Positions 8,805-18,474 of a DNA stretch of 64,000 nucleotides are shown one piece after another (within the stretch, counting starts at the first letter, position 1; each line of letters opens with the position of its first letter). The notes under the pieces were generated by a model, which did not search any database, was not told where the DNA came from, and saw only the letters and a program-made list of their open reading frames with translations. The stretch is from the sequence record MN850590.1. One strand, given 5' to 3'. The position numbers were made by a program, and so were the translations under genes. The DNA comes from Escherichia phage moha.

Positions 8805-9329
8805 ATGTTAGTTTACCGCGTAGAACGTAGTTTTTGTACTCAACGTGAATCATTACCCGGAATTGCTATCGAAGACGGTAAAGCCGTCAGAATTTGGGAA
8901 ACCTCTTGGAATAAAGAACCTCGCTCGCCGTACGGTTGGTCGGGTACCGACAACTCTGAAGAAACATGGGAGTTCCTTGATAAACACGGAATACTCTCAG
9001 GTAACTTCTACCATCACGGCGACAACTATAATGTCCCTAATCGTCCTACAGTAAATGAAGACAAACTCCTTGAACAAAATATCTTAAGATACTATAGAAT
9101 TGAGCACACATTTGAATTGAGTGAAGATTGGGCTCAAGGGTTCTATTTTGGATTTGAAAGTGTTGACGCGGTTTATACATGGTTTGATGACCAGGTGGAT
9201 GTTGAACTCTTGAAAGCTAAAGGATACTACATCGCGGTCTATGAAGCACCTGATTTCATACTCGGAAGTTGTCAATTAATGTTCAGACGTTCATTAGCAG
9301 AACAAGTTGATTTTATTTTGCTAAAATGA
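8805..9329 (+). CDS. hypothetical protein
   Basis: 174 aa; ATG with AGGAGA RBS. Confidence 0.55.
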   Translation: MLVYRVERSFCTQRESLPGIAIEDGKAVRIWETSWNKEPRSPYGWSGTDNSEETWEFLDKHGILSGNFYHHGDNYNVPNRPTVNEDKLLEQNILRYYRIEHTFELSEDWAQGFYFGFESVDAVYTWFDDQVDVELLKAKGYYIAVYEAPDFILGSCQLMFRRSLAEQVDFILLK

Positions 9330-9359
9330 TGTACAACAACTATGGTCTATGATACTATA
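9329..9359 (+). promoter_or_regulatory. T4-type early promoter
   Basis: ATGTACA -35-like, GATACTAT -10 region. Confidence 0.45.
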
Positions 9360-9386
9360 GACCTATCAAAACAAGAGGAGAATATT

Positions 9387-9614
9387 ATGAAACGTCAAAT
9401 CATTAAAAACGTAACTACTGATTCAAACATCGATGAGTTTGAAGATGTTCTGTTTAATCCTGATTTAGTTGTTGTACAGAAAAACTGGACTGAATTTTTA
9501 TGCTACACTGAAGTGGTTTACGTTTACGAAAAACTCGGCGATGAAATGCCTATCTATGGTATCTTCCGTGAAATCACTGAAAATGGTACAACTTATTGGA
9601 AGGAAACTTACTAA
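9387..9614 (+). CDS. hypothetical protein
   Basis: ATG behind AGGAGA RBS; ORF-track upstream extension covers the promoter. Confidence 0.45.
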   Translation: MKRQIIKNVTTDSNIDEFEDVLFNPDLVVVQKNWTEFLCYTEVVYVYEKLGDEMPIYGIFREITENGTTYWKETY

Positions 9615-10027
9615 TGGCTAATAAATTCCGCGTTAACTCACGGTACCAATTTAAAGATAAACGTGCCCAAGAAGAGTTTATTAAAGACCACACTGATAAT
9701 GGGATTTATGCACGACGTCTTGGCATGGAACCATTTAAAGTATTAGATGTTGACCATCTTGGTCGTCCTACTAAAATTGTGACATCTACCGGCATGGTTG
9801 GATACGCAACAGGCGGTGATATCCTTGATGAAAACTTTATCTGGCTCTCCACGAATGAAGCAGAATTCTTTGACGAAGTTGGAAATCCATATCAAGCGTC
9901 CGAAGAGCAAGATTCTGGTGAACTTGATGAATTGTCTGAATTTCCGGTGATGACGATTACTATCGAAAATAACGACCAGGCATGGTCTTTGTATCAAATG
10001 TTGAAAGCTCACTTTAAGGAACAATAA
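9614..10027 (+). CDS. hypothetical protein
   Basis: TAATG overlap; 137 aa. Confidence 0.5.
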   Translation: MANKFRVNSRYQFKDKRAQEEFIKDHTDNGIYARRLGMEPFKVLDVDHLGRPTKIVTSTGMVGYATGGDILDENFIWLSTNEAEFFDEVGNPYQASEEQDSGELDELSEFPVMTITIENNDQAWSLYQMLKAHFKEQ

Positions 10028-10206
10028 TGCCGTTATACGACTATAAATGTCAATCTGAAGATTGTGGTCATGAATATGAAAAAATTAAAAGAATTTCTGA
10101 ACGAGAAAACGATGTTTGCCCTGAATGTCATCGTCTGTCTACTCGTCGGGTTTCTGCTCCTAAACATGTGAACGGTGGTTTTTACGACTTACTTAAGAAG
10201 GGTTAA
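10027..10206 (+). CDS. small zinc-ribbon protein (FmdB-like)
   Basis: 59 aa with paired CxxC (CQSEDCGH ... CPECH); TAATG overlap; below ORF-track cutoff. Confidence 0.4.
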   Translation: MPLYDYKCQSEDCGHEYEKIKRISERENDVCPECHRLSTRRVSAPKHVNGGFYDLLKKG

Positions 10207-10208
10207 TT

Positions 10209-10631
10209 ATGGCTTTTAAAGGTTTTGAAGTTGGTAAGAAATATCGTATTATTAAAGGACAGGAAGATAATTTCTTGAGAATTCTTAATACGACTGGTAA
10301 ACGTCTTAACACTACTCTGCATACAGTTTTATTATCAAGAGATTTTATTGTAGAAGAGATGATTGGTTATGGTGTTTCAATGATTGCCGCTGAAACCGAT
10401 GGACCTGGACGTACAATCATTAGTATGCAAGGTGATATTCTAATTTACGGTGCAGAATTTAAATTCTTTGAAGAAGTTCCTGAATCAGATACAGCCGTAG
10501 ATTTCAAAAAAGGCTCTATAGAATTTGTTGATGGTTCGGTGATCGTATCAGGTGATGTGGTCATTACAGTTAAAAGTGAACAAGGGCGTTTGGCTGCAAT
10601 TGATGCACTTCAGAAAATTAAATTTAAATAA
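10209..10631 (+). CDS. hypothetical protein (goF/39.x region)
   Basis: 140 aa directly upstream of gene 39. Confidence 0.5.
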   Translation: MAFKGFEVGKKYRIIKGQEDNFLRILNTTGKRLNTTLHTVLLSRDFIVEEMIGYGVSMIAAETDGPGRTIISMQGDILIYGAEFKFFEEVPESDTAVDFKKGSIEFVDGSVIVSGDVVITVKSEQGRLAAIDALQKIKFK

Positions 10632-10648
10632 GGGCTTCGGCCCTTTTT
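10632..10648 (+). terminator. intrinsic terminator hairpin (UUCG loop) with T-run
   Basis: gggc-ttcg-gccc then TTTTT. Confidence 0.6.
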
Positions 10649-10672
10649 GCTTTAGATTTCGGATGATAGAAT
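10646..10672 (+). promoter_or_regulatory. middle promoter (MotA box plus -10)
   Basis: TTTGCTTTA MotA box, 12 bp, TAGAAT; upstream of gene 39. Confidence 0.55.
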
Positions 10673-10694
10673 ACCTTCATAACGAGGAGACAAC

Positions 10695-12512
10695 ATGATT
10701 AAAAATGAAATTAAGGTATTGTCAGATGTAGAACATATTAAGAAACGTAGTGGTATGTATATTGGTTCTTCTGCTAAAGAAGCACATGAGCGTTTTTTGT
10801 TTGGTAAATATCAACAAGTTGAATATGTTCCTGGTCTGGTTAAATTAATCGATGAGATTATTGACAACTCGGTTGATGAATCTATTCGTACATCATTTAA
10901 GTTTGCAAATAAAATTGATGTGCAAATTAAAAATAATCAAGTTTCGGTGGAAGATAACGGACGTGGTATTCCTCAAGGTTTAGTTACCGACCAAACAGGT
11001 GAACAAATTCCTGGGCCTGTAGCAGCCTGGACTATTCCAAAGGCTGGTGGTAACTTTGGTGATGATTCTGAACGCAAGACTGGTGGTATGAACGGCGTCG
11101 GGAGTAGTTTAACTAATATCTTCTCTACGTTGTTTACAGGCATCACGTCAGATGGCGAAAATGAAATCACTGTTAATTGTTCAAACGGAATGGAAAACAA
11201 ATCATGGTCTTCTAAGAAATCTAAATGTAAAGGCACTAAAGTAATCTTCACTCCTGATTTCTCTTCATTTGAAGAGCATAATTTATCTCAAATTTATTTA
11301 GATATTACTTTAGACAGACTTCAAACATTGGCAGTCGTTTATCCTGATATCAAGTTCACATTTAATGGTAAAAAGGTTGATGGTAATTTTAAACGATTTG
11401 CTAAACAATTTGGTGAAGATAACATCATTCAAGAAAATGATAAAGTCTCTATAGCATTCACAACATCACCAGATGGCTTCCGTCATTTAACTTATGTGAA
11501 TAACATCCATACTAAAAATGGTGGTCATCATGTTGAATGTGTAATGGATGATATCTGCGAACATCTTTTGCCCGGTATTAAAAAGAAATATAAGGGTATT
11601 GAAGTCACTAAAGCTCGTGTTAAAGAATGTCTCACAATGTTGATGTTTATTAGAGACATGAGCAACATGCGTTTTGATTCTCAGACTAAAGAACGTTTAA
11701 CGTCAACGTATGGTGATATTCGTAATCATATCCAATTAGATGCTAAGAAAATTGCTCAGGCACTTCTTAAAAACGAAGCCTTGATTATGCCTATTGTTGA
11801 AGCAGCATTAGCTCGTAAATTGGCAGCAGAAAAGGCTGCAGAAACTAAAGCAGCTAAAAAGGCAACTAAAGCTAAGGTTCATAAGCATATTAAAGCTAAC
11901 CAATGTGGTAAAGATGCAGATACGACATTGTTTTTAACAGAAGGTGATTCGGCAATTGGTTATCTCATTGATGTTCGTGACCGTGAACTACACGGCGGAT
12001 TCCCATTACGTGGTAAGGTGATGAATAGCTGGGGTATGTCATATGCTGATATGATGAAGAACAAAGAGCTCTTTGATATCTGTGCTATCACGGGTCTTAT
12101 TCTTGGTGAAAAGGCAGAGAATACGAACTATCGTAATATTGCAATTATGACCGATGCCGATCATGACGGTCTTGGAAGTATCTATCCGGCTTTGCTTGCT
12201 TTCTTTAGTAATTGGCCTGAATTGTTTGAACAAGGACGTATTCGCTTTGTTAAAACACCTGTAATTATTGCACAAATTGGCAAAGCTCAAAAATGGTTTT
12301 ATACTGTAGCTGAGTATGAAGAAGTTAAAGATACACTGCCTAAGCATAGTATTCGATACATCAAGGGATTAGGCTCCCTTGAAAAGTCAGAATATCGTGA
12401 AATGATTCAGAACCCTGTGTACGACGTAGTTAAACTTCCTGAAAATTGGAAAGAACTCTTTGAAATGTTGATGGGTGATGATTCAGAACTTCGTAAAGAA
12501 TGGATGTCCTAA
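10695..12512 (+). CDS. 39: DNA topoisomerase II large subunit (GyrB-like ATPase plus TOPRIM), fused 39/60 form
   Basis: GHKL N-box IIDNSVDE, TOPRIM LTEGDSA, 605 aa continuous ORF. Confidence 0.92.
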   Translation: MIKNEIKVLSDVEHIKKRSGMYIGSSAKEAHERFLFGKYQQVEYVPGLVKLIDEIIDNSVDESIRTSFKFANKIDVQIKNNQVSVEDNGRGIPQGLVTDQTGEQIPGPVAAWTIPKAGGNFGDDSERKTGGMNGVGSSLTNIFSTLFTGITSDGENEITVNCSNGMENKSWSSKKSKCKGTKVIFTPDFSSFEEHNLSQIYLDITLDRLQTLAVVYPDIKFTFNGKKVDGNFKRFAKQFGEDNIIQENDKVSIAFTTSPDGFRHLTYVNNIHTKNGGHHVECVMDDICEHLLPGIKKKYKGIEVTKARVKECLTMLMFIRDMSNMRFDSQTKERLTSTYGDIRNHIQLDAKKIAQALLKNEALIMPIVEAALARKLAAEKAAETKAAKKATKAKVHKHIKANQCGKDADTTLFLTEGDSAIGYLIDVRDRELHGGFPLRGKVMNSWGMSYADMMKNKELFDICAITGLILGEKAENTNYRNIAIMTDADHDGLGSIYPALLAFFSNWPELFEQGRIRFVKTPVIIAQIGKAQKWFYTVAEYEEVKDTLPKHSIRYIKGLGSLEKSEYREMIQNPVYDVVKLPENWKELFEMLMGDDSELRKEWMS

Positions 12513-12535
12513 GCTCCTTCGGGAGCTTCATTTTA
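12512..12535 (+). terminator. intrinsic terminator hairpin (UUCG loop)
   Basis: agctcc-ttcg-ggagct then T-rich. Confidence 0.55.
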
Positions 12536-12554
12536 ATTTTAATAAGGCTTAATT

Positions 12555-13655
12555 ATGAAAGTTATGTTTATCCCATCTCGTGCAGTCCCATTTAACCCAG
12601 AACGTGTACAAGGTGGTCTTGAAGCAGTACATTTAAATGTGTTGAAATATCTTGTGTCCATCGGTGCCGATATTGATTATATTGGTTTTGATAATGACAC
12701 ATTTGGTGATTGGAAGGTTAATCATCATCCTGTTGGTCATCTGACTAAATTCAGTCTAGGTATGAGTTATACTATGGCTCGTAAGATTGTTGAACTAGCC
12801 GGCATCCATGAATACGATTTTGTTGTTACTATGGAACCGACTAAACTAACCGTTCAGGCAATTAAAGACGCAGGTCTCTCTAAAGTTCATAAGAATTTTA
12901 TGGCAACACCATTTGAACCGGTATCTCGTGGCATTGTTCAAATTTGGGACCAGACTATTCAAATTCATAAGAATGGTGGTAAGAGTTATGCTCCTACTAA
13001 AGCCTTCCGTGAATTTGAACGTAAATATTGTTATATGACTTCAGGTCTGACTGACAAAATTGATTATGATTATTGGCGAGCAAATCCTTTGTTTGAAGCC
13101 GAAGATTATCCGGTTATTTGTTTGACTGAAAAGCCAGAAGTTCTTCCGGCGACGGATCTGATTATTAGTGCACAACGTTATGACACTAAAATGCGTCGTA
13201 CTGATGTTGCTCTTGAAGCGATTAAAGCACTAGGCGAAAATGGTGCAGGATACTGTCCAAGCAAATGGGCGCCACCGGCTAAATATCCTGTTATTATTGA
13301 TGCTCCACACAGTGAAATTATGGAACGTCTTAAAACAGCTAAAGCACTTATTAATACGTGTCCTGACACAGGTACGGTAGAGAATAGTTCTATTGAAGCC
13401 ATCTCTAAAGGTGTCCCTGTAATCCAGTTAGTTTTTAAGGATTATCCTCATGCGACATTTGAATACGACCCAGATACTGTGCGTGTAGAAATTGATTCCT
13501 CTACTCCTAAGAAAGAAGTAGTTGCGCTTTACACAAAAGCTGTATTAGAATTCACTGACACATACGAAGCTCGAGTTAAACGTGCTGAAGCAGTATGGAA
13601 GAAGTATAACCGAGATGCAGTTGTTGCGATGTGGGATAAAATCTTCACAGCGTAA
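12555..13655 (+). CDS. GT-B fold glycosyltransferase (GT4-like), candidate DNA sugar-modification enzyme
   Basis: N-terminal MKVMFIP...GGLE motif and C-terminal E-x7-E-like block TGTVENSSIEAISKGVPVIQ; 366 aa. Confidence 0.7.
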   Translation: MKVMFIPSRAVPFNPERVQGGLEAVHLNVLKYLVSIGADIDYIGFDNDTFGDWKVNHHPVGHLTKFSLGMSYTMARKIVELAGIHEYDFVVTMEPTKLTVQAIKDAGLSKVHKNFMATPFEPVSRGIVQIWDQTIQIHKNGGKSYAPTKAFREFERKYCYMTSGLTDKIDYDYWRANPLFEAEDYPVICLTEKPEVLPATDLIISAQRYDTKMRRTDVALEAIKALGENGAGYCPSKWAPPAKYPVIIDAPHSEIMERLKTAKALINTCPDTGTVENSSIEAISKGVPVIQLVFKDYPHATFEYDPDTVRVEIDSSTPKKEVVALYTKAVLEFTDTYEARVKRAEAVWKKYNRDAVVAMWDKIFTA

Positions 13656-13670
13656 ATCCTGAATAGCCTG

Positions 13671-13723
13671 AGGCACTATTACACATAAGATGATAGATTA
13701 TACGGTCTTTAGTAATAGTGCCC
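13671..13723 (+). repeat. inverted repeat (11 bp arms, about 29 nt loop)
   Basis: ggcactattac ... gtaatagtgcc between GT gene and rIIA.1. Confidence 0.5.
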
Positions 13724-13747
13724 TAGGAATCTACTGAAGAGAATATT

Positions 13748-13948
13748 ATGAGAACATATAACGTGGACTTGGAACTTTTTGATAAAGCAGTGCTCCGGGA
13801 ATTCCGGCTTATCCAAAGATTTTTTGATATCGAATCAGCAGAGTCCTTTAAAGAACGCTTTAAAGAAATTCGATATAAAATACAAACCGATACAGCTACT
13901 AAAGAAGAACTTCTTGAAGTAGCAGAAATTTTTAAACGTAACTTGTGA
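13748..13948 (+). CDS. hypothetical protein (rIIA.1 position)
   Basis: 66 aa directly upstream of rIIA. Confidence 0.55.
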   Translation: MRTYNVDLELFDKAVLREFRLIQRFFDIESAESFKERFKEIRYKIQTDTATKEELLEVAEIFKRNL

Positions 13949-13960
13949 TGAGAGAAAAAT

Positions 13961-16174
13961 ATGATTATTGAAACGGCTAAAGAAACGATTATTGGTTCAG
14001 GCGGTAAGAGCACAGCATTCACTATTCAAGGCAATAGCAAAGTTTATAAGATTTTGTCTAATGACCTTTATACAAACAAAGAATTGGCTTGTGTACGTGA
14101 ATTAATCACAAACTGTATCGATGGACAAATTCTTAATGGTTGCACTGATAAGTTTATTGTTCAGGCTCCAGGTCGTTTAGACCCACGTTTTGTAGTTCGA
14201 GACTTTGGTCCTGGTATGAGTGATTTCACCATTCGAGGTAATGACGAAGAGCCAGGAATCTATAACTCATATTTTGCTTCAACTAAAACATCGAGTAACG
14301 ATTTCATTGGTGGATTCGGACTCGGCTCTAAAGCTCCATTAGCATATACCGATACGTTTAACCTTACGTCTTATCACAACGGTGAAGTTCGTGGTTACGT
14401 AATCTACCAAGATGACACTGGTCCACAGATTAAGCCAACCTTCGTAGATAAGATGGGTCCTGATGACCGGACCGGCGTTGAAGTAGTTGTACCGGTTAAC
14501 CCAGAAGATTTTGAAAAGTTCGCATCCGAAATTGCATATGTTATGCGTCCTCTAGGTGATATTGCAGAAGTTCGCGGTGTTAAAGATATCAAATACTTTC
14601 CTGAATTCGATGATGTTTATTTAGCCAAGGAAGCTCCATGGGGTGAACGTGGTAATATCATGGCTGTTTATGGTGGTATTGTATATCCAATCGGAAGTGT
14701 TATTAAAGAACAAACATGGATGATGACGCGATGCACTACAGCTTATATTAAATTCCCTATGGGTGAACTAGATGTAGCCCCGTCTCGTGAAGCATTGTCA
14801 TTTGATAAACGTACAGTAGCAAATATCCATAAACGCGTTGCAGAAATCGATGCTAAATTGTTCGCTGAAGATTCTAAGAAATGGATTGATTGTAAATACC
14901 CACGTCATGTGTTCCGTGAAATTGATTCTCTTGGCTATACCGCTCGTAAATACATGGAAAAGGCTGGGTCTAATATTGAATCACTGAAATACTCTAAAGA
15001 ACAACTAACTTATTCCGAGTTGTACAAACGTTTTAAAATGGGACCCGAATGGTGCAACCTTGGCGTTGTATATGATATCGTTTCAGACCCACGACTTCGT
15101 CGTATTCGTGAAAGCGGAAGCTCGTCTGCAACTATTTCAATTAATAGCCTGCTAGGTATTAGTCGTAAGCATATTGATATCGTTATTGACGATGTGAAAG
15201 GCCGCGTACCAATGATGCGTGCTCTGAACGATGCTTTGACTTCCACCGATGCATCAACACTCGTTGATAAGGTTCCTTCCGGATGGGGTAGTAGCGTATT
15301 ATTCATTAACCCGGAAGATGAAGTTGCAATGAAACTTCTGGAACGATTAAAGGTTATTTTCGCTGGTGATAGCCTTAAATTTTATAAGACCTCTGAAATT
15401 CTTGCATTAGTTAAACCATGGATTGAAGTTAAAGAACGTTCATCGCAGCCTCGTCCTAAATCCCCAAGTGCTCATCGGTTCTTTAAGAATGAAAACGATG
15501 TTTGGGTATCGGAAGATCTCTTTATTCCAGCGAGTGAAGCTGGTGAAATCCAAGGTTATGCTATAGTTCGTAATCGTTCTAATGCTGAATGTCTTGACGC
15601 AGATAAAGGTTGGTTGAACTATGACTCTAATTTCTTGACCCGTATTGCTGATTTGTCAGATATTAAAGAGTTCACTGTAGTCCGTCCACAGATTGCTAAG
15701 AAAGTTCGTAAACTTGGTGAAGTAGAATGCTTGTTCGAAAAATCAATTAATGACTATATTACGCTAATCGATAAAGTAGATTATGATGAGTATGTATCAC
15801 CAAGTCGTAGAGCACAGCCCTATCTAAACCATATTACTCGTAATGAAGAGCTTAACTTCCTTAGTAAGTATTTTAGCTCTAAGAACAAAGAAATCAGTAA
15901 AGATTTTGCAAAACTCTCCACAGTAAATAATCGCTGGGGATGGAATCGATTCGCAGGTGCTACTAATACAGACCTGAATAAGAAGTTAGAATTGTGTGCT
16001 AAAATTTTCGATAAGCTTAAAGATAATGCTTACGATAATGATGATAAAATGATTATTGAATTCGAAACCAATTATCATATTGTGTCAGAATACATGGGAC
16101 GACGTGGTACTCTTTCAAAAGAACAGGTCGCTCAAATCGTTAAATTCATGAAGGCCGTGGAAGCGGCCAAATAA
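13961..16174 (+). CDS. rIIA: rIIA membrane-associated protein (GHKL ATPase-like)
   Basis: N-terminal region with ELITNCIDG motif closely resembles T4 rIIA as remembered; 737 aa. Confidence 0.9.
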   Translation: MIIETAKETIIGSGGKSTAFTIQGNSKVYKILSNDLYTNKELACVRELITNCIDGQILNGCTDKFIVQAPGRLDPRFVVRDFGPGMSDFTIRGNDEEPGIYNSYFASTKTSSNDFIGGFGLGSKAPLAYTDTFNLTSYHNGEVRGYVIYQDDTGPQIKPTFVDKMGPDDRTGVEVVVPVNPEDFEKFASEIAYVMRPLGDIAEVRGVKDIKYFPEFDDVYLAKEAPWGERGNIMAVYGGIVYPIGSVIKEQTWMMTRCTTAYIKFPMGELDVAPSREALSFDKRTVANIHKRVAEIDAKLFAEDSKKWIDCKYPRHVFREIDSLGYTARKYMEKAGSNIESLKYSKEQLTYSELYKRFKMGPEWCNLGVVYDIVSDPRLRRIRESGSSSATISINSLLGISRKHIDIVIDDVKGRVPMMRALNDALTSTDASTLVDKVPSGWGSSVLFINPEDEVAMKLLERLKVIFAGDSLKFYKTSEILALVKPWIEVKERSSQPRPKSPSAHRFFKNENDVWVSEDLFIPASEAGEIQGYAIVRNRSNAECLDADKGWLNYDSNFLTRIADLSDIKEFTVVRPQIAKKVRKLGEVECLFEKSINDYITLIDKVDYDEYVSPSRRAQPYLNHITRNEELNFLSKYFSSKNKEISKDFAKLSTVNNRWGWNRFAGATNTDLNKKLELCAKIFDKLKDNAYDNDDKMIIEFETNYHIVSEYMGRRGTLSKEQVAQIVKFMKAVEAAK

Positions 16175-16183
16175 GGAAACATT

Positions 16184-17131
16184 ATGTACAATATCAAATG
16201 CTTGTCCCAAGAAGAACAGTTAGAAGCTTACGGCCTGGTTGAATCAGGCAAATGGACTCGTAAAGAAATTGCCGATTACTTCGACATTTCAACAGATACT
16301 CTTCGTAAGATTGTTAAGAATTTTAAAGCAGAAGGCGTTGTCCCTGAAGCAAACGATGCCTCTTATGTAATCGAAGAAGTTCCAGAAAATGATGAACCTA
16401 TTATCGGCGGCCATCGTCCTGAAATCGTATGGAACGCGTCATCTAAATTTATTTCAATTATTGAAGGACGCGTAGCATACAATGCGACTCCATCAAGTCA
16501 TGCAAATTTTGAAGAAATTAAAGCTAATCTGGTCGCAGGAAACCTTAGTAAAGCTGTCGAACTTATTAACATCAAGAAAGCTATTAGTAAGTTTGTTGAC
16601 GGTAATGTTGTTATTGAAGGTGGTAGTTTATTTTATCAAGGTATAGAAATTCGTTCAGGACTGGTTAATCGTATTATTGATTCCATGGAAAAAGGCGAAG
16701 ACTTTAAATTCTATCTGCCGTTCCTTGAAAACCTGTTAGAAAACCCAAGCGAAAAAGCTGTACAACGTTTATTCGACTTCTTGGTTGCAAACGATATTGA
16801 AATCACTGAAGATGGTCATTTCTATGCGTGGAAAGTAGTTCGTAAGGACTATTTAGACTGCTATAGTGGTACATTTGATAACTCCCCAGGTAAAGTTGTT
16901 TCAATGCCTCGTACTCGAGTTAACGACGATGATACTCAAACCTGTTCTCGCGGTCTCCACGTTTGTGCTAAATCTTATATTCGCCACTTTGGTTCAAGCT
17001 CAGATAAAGTTGTGAAAGTTAAAGTTCATCCACGTGATGTTGTATCCATCCCGGTTGACTATGGTGATGCTAAGATGCGTACATGTCGTTATGAAGTAAT
17101 TTCAGACGTTACTGAATTATTTGCAGAATAA
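16184..17131 (+). CDS. rIIB: rIIB protein
   Basis: 315 aa immediately downstream of rIIA; T4 rIIB is 312 aa. Confidence 0.8.
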   Translation: MYNIKCLSQEEQLEAYGLVESGKWTRKEIADYFDISTDTLRKIVKNFKAEGVVPEANDASYVIEEVPENDEPIIGGHRPEIVWNASSKFISIIEGRVAYNATPSSHANFEEIKANLVAGNLSKAVELINIKKAISKFVDGNVVIEGGSLFYQGIEIRSGLVNRIIDSMEKGEDFKFYLPFLENLLENPSEKAVQRLFDFLVANDIEITEDGHFYAWKVVRKDYLDCYSGTFDNSPGKVVSMPRTRVNDDDTQTCSRGLHVCAKSYIRHFGSSSDKVVKVKVHPRDVVSIPVDYGDAKMRTCRYEVISDVTELFAE

Positions 17132-17136
17132 TAATT

Positions 17137-17160
17137 GGGGACTTCGGTCCCCTTTTTTCT
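17137..17160 (+). terminator. intrinsic terminator
   Basis: gggga-cttcgg-tcccc then TTTTTT. Confidence 0.7.
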
Positions 17161-17172
17161 TTAGGGGTAATT

Positions 17173-17460
17173 ATGATTCATCCATTTGACGTATCAGAAT
17201 CCAAAATCGCTAATCTTCGTGGCCATCATAAATGTAAATCAGTGTATTGCGCTAAATTGGTAAAACACCCAGGTGATGCACACTATGGCTGGTTAGAATG
17301 TGACGAAGTTGTTATTGAAATCCCACCGGTAGATGCAGAATATCTTGAAGAAGGTGACCGCATTTATTTTGGCGAACTACACATTAGAGGTATCTATGGT
17401 AAAGACGAACTTGGGACTGTTGAGGCTGAAGAGTCTTCCGACATTTATCCTGTCGAATGA
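17173..17460 (+). CDS. hypothetical protein
   Basis: 95 aa ORF. Confidence 0.45.
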   Translation: MIHPFDVSESKIANLRGHHKCKSVYCAKLVKHPGDAHYGWLECDEVVIEIPPVDAEYLEEGDRIYFGELHIRGIYGKDELGTVEAEESSDIYPVE

Positions 17461-17476
17461 GTTTTTGACTAGCGAA

Positions 17477-17953
17477 ATGAAGGTTAAGATCGCTGATACT
17501 GCTCGGTACTCGTTGAAACAAGATCCAGGTCAAATAAAAGAAGACGTTGTTCGACGTTGTAAGGTTGCAGTCTTTGCAGAGTATGTAGTAGCAAATTGGC
17601 TAGACGGATATGTTAATAAAGGTAATGAAGACGTAGAAGACCCGTACACGTATGCATGGGACGTTTTAGCTCATCCTAAGTACTGTGGTCTACGCGTAGA
17701 AGTAAAGACCCATCAGATGGATTCGAAATGGATTTCGGTTACCACAGGATACGGTGGTGATTATCCGGGTGGCAACGGAATAAACATAGGGCCCTTCCTT
17801 AATCATCGAGTCGCTGACTGTATTATTATATTGAATGTCAAAGAAACCTCACCTGACGTCTTCTCTTATTCTATAAAGTTTGTGGGAGACCATGAAGACC
17901 TAAAGAAAATCGTCCGCAAGAGCAACTACAACGGGTGGTATCTTCATCTTTAA
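17477..17953 (+). CDS. putative PD-(D/E)xK-like nuclease (possible denB-region gene)
   Basis: candidate D ... EVK motif (AWDV ... RVEVKT); 159 aa; located after rIIB where T4 carries denB. Confidence 0.45.
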   Translation: MKVKIADTARYSLKQDPGQIKEDVVRRCKVAVFAEYVVANWLDGYVNKGNEDVEDPYTYAWDVLAHPKYCGLRVEVKTHQMDSKWISVTTGYGGDYPGGNGINIGPFLNHRVADCIIILNVKETSPDVFSYSIKFVGDHEDLKKIVRKSNYNGWYLHL

Positions 17954-17965
17954 TTTCATAAAAGT

Positions 17966-17995
17966 GTTTACAACTAAGTAGGACTATGATATATT
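17966..17995 (+). promoter_or_regulatory. T4-type early promoter
   Basis: GTTTACA, TATATT; palindrome taggacta/tagtccta flanks -10. Confidence 0.55.
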
Positions 17996-18021
17996 AGTCC
18001 TATCTAAAAGAGGATAACATC

Positions 18022-18285
18022 ATGAAATTTAAATTTTTCTACGCAAAACATAAAGTAACAGGCGAATTTGTTTCAATGTACAACACTGCAGATGACGAAG
18101 GGATGATTTATACCCATTTGGGTCTATCTCATTGGGACTCAGACGTGCCTTATATGTCATCTGAAGCCGAAATAACTCGTTTAGTTAACGGACATATGAA
18201 CGACCATTTTAGTGTTATTCTTTCTAAAGACCTTAAAGAGGTTATCAACAAAGGATATATGGAACTTGCGGAAGTTGAGATATGA
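18022..18285 (+). CDS. hypothetical protein
   Basis: 87 aa; GAGGA RBS. Confidence 0.45.
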   Translation: MKFKFFYAKHKVTGEFVSMYNTADDEGMIYTHLGLSHWDSDVPYMSSEAEITRLVNGHMNDHFSVILSKDLKEVINKGYMELAEVEI

Positions 18286-18474
18286 GCTCTAAAATGTGGA
18301 TCGGAATATGGTTGCTTAGTATCCCTATGATTTGTATAATATTTTCAATTGCATTGAGGTACTTATGAAAAATGCACTTATTGTATTAAGAACAATTTGT
18401 GATACGGGTTTTTACATTGCATGTTCGTTCACTGGAACATGGATGGCTTTAACATATTTTAATGTAATTTAATT

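Noticed and set aside
12513-13747. Search for a separate gene 60 or a translational bypass element downstream of gene 39
   Set aside because: Gene 39 already contains the gp60-equivalent C-terminus in frame, and the downstream ORF is a glycosyltransferase.
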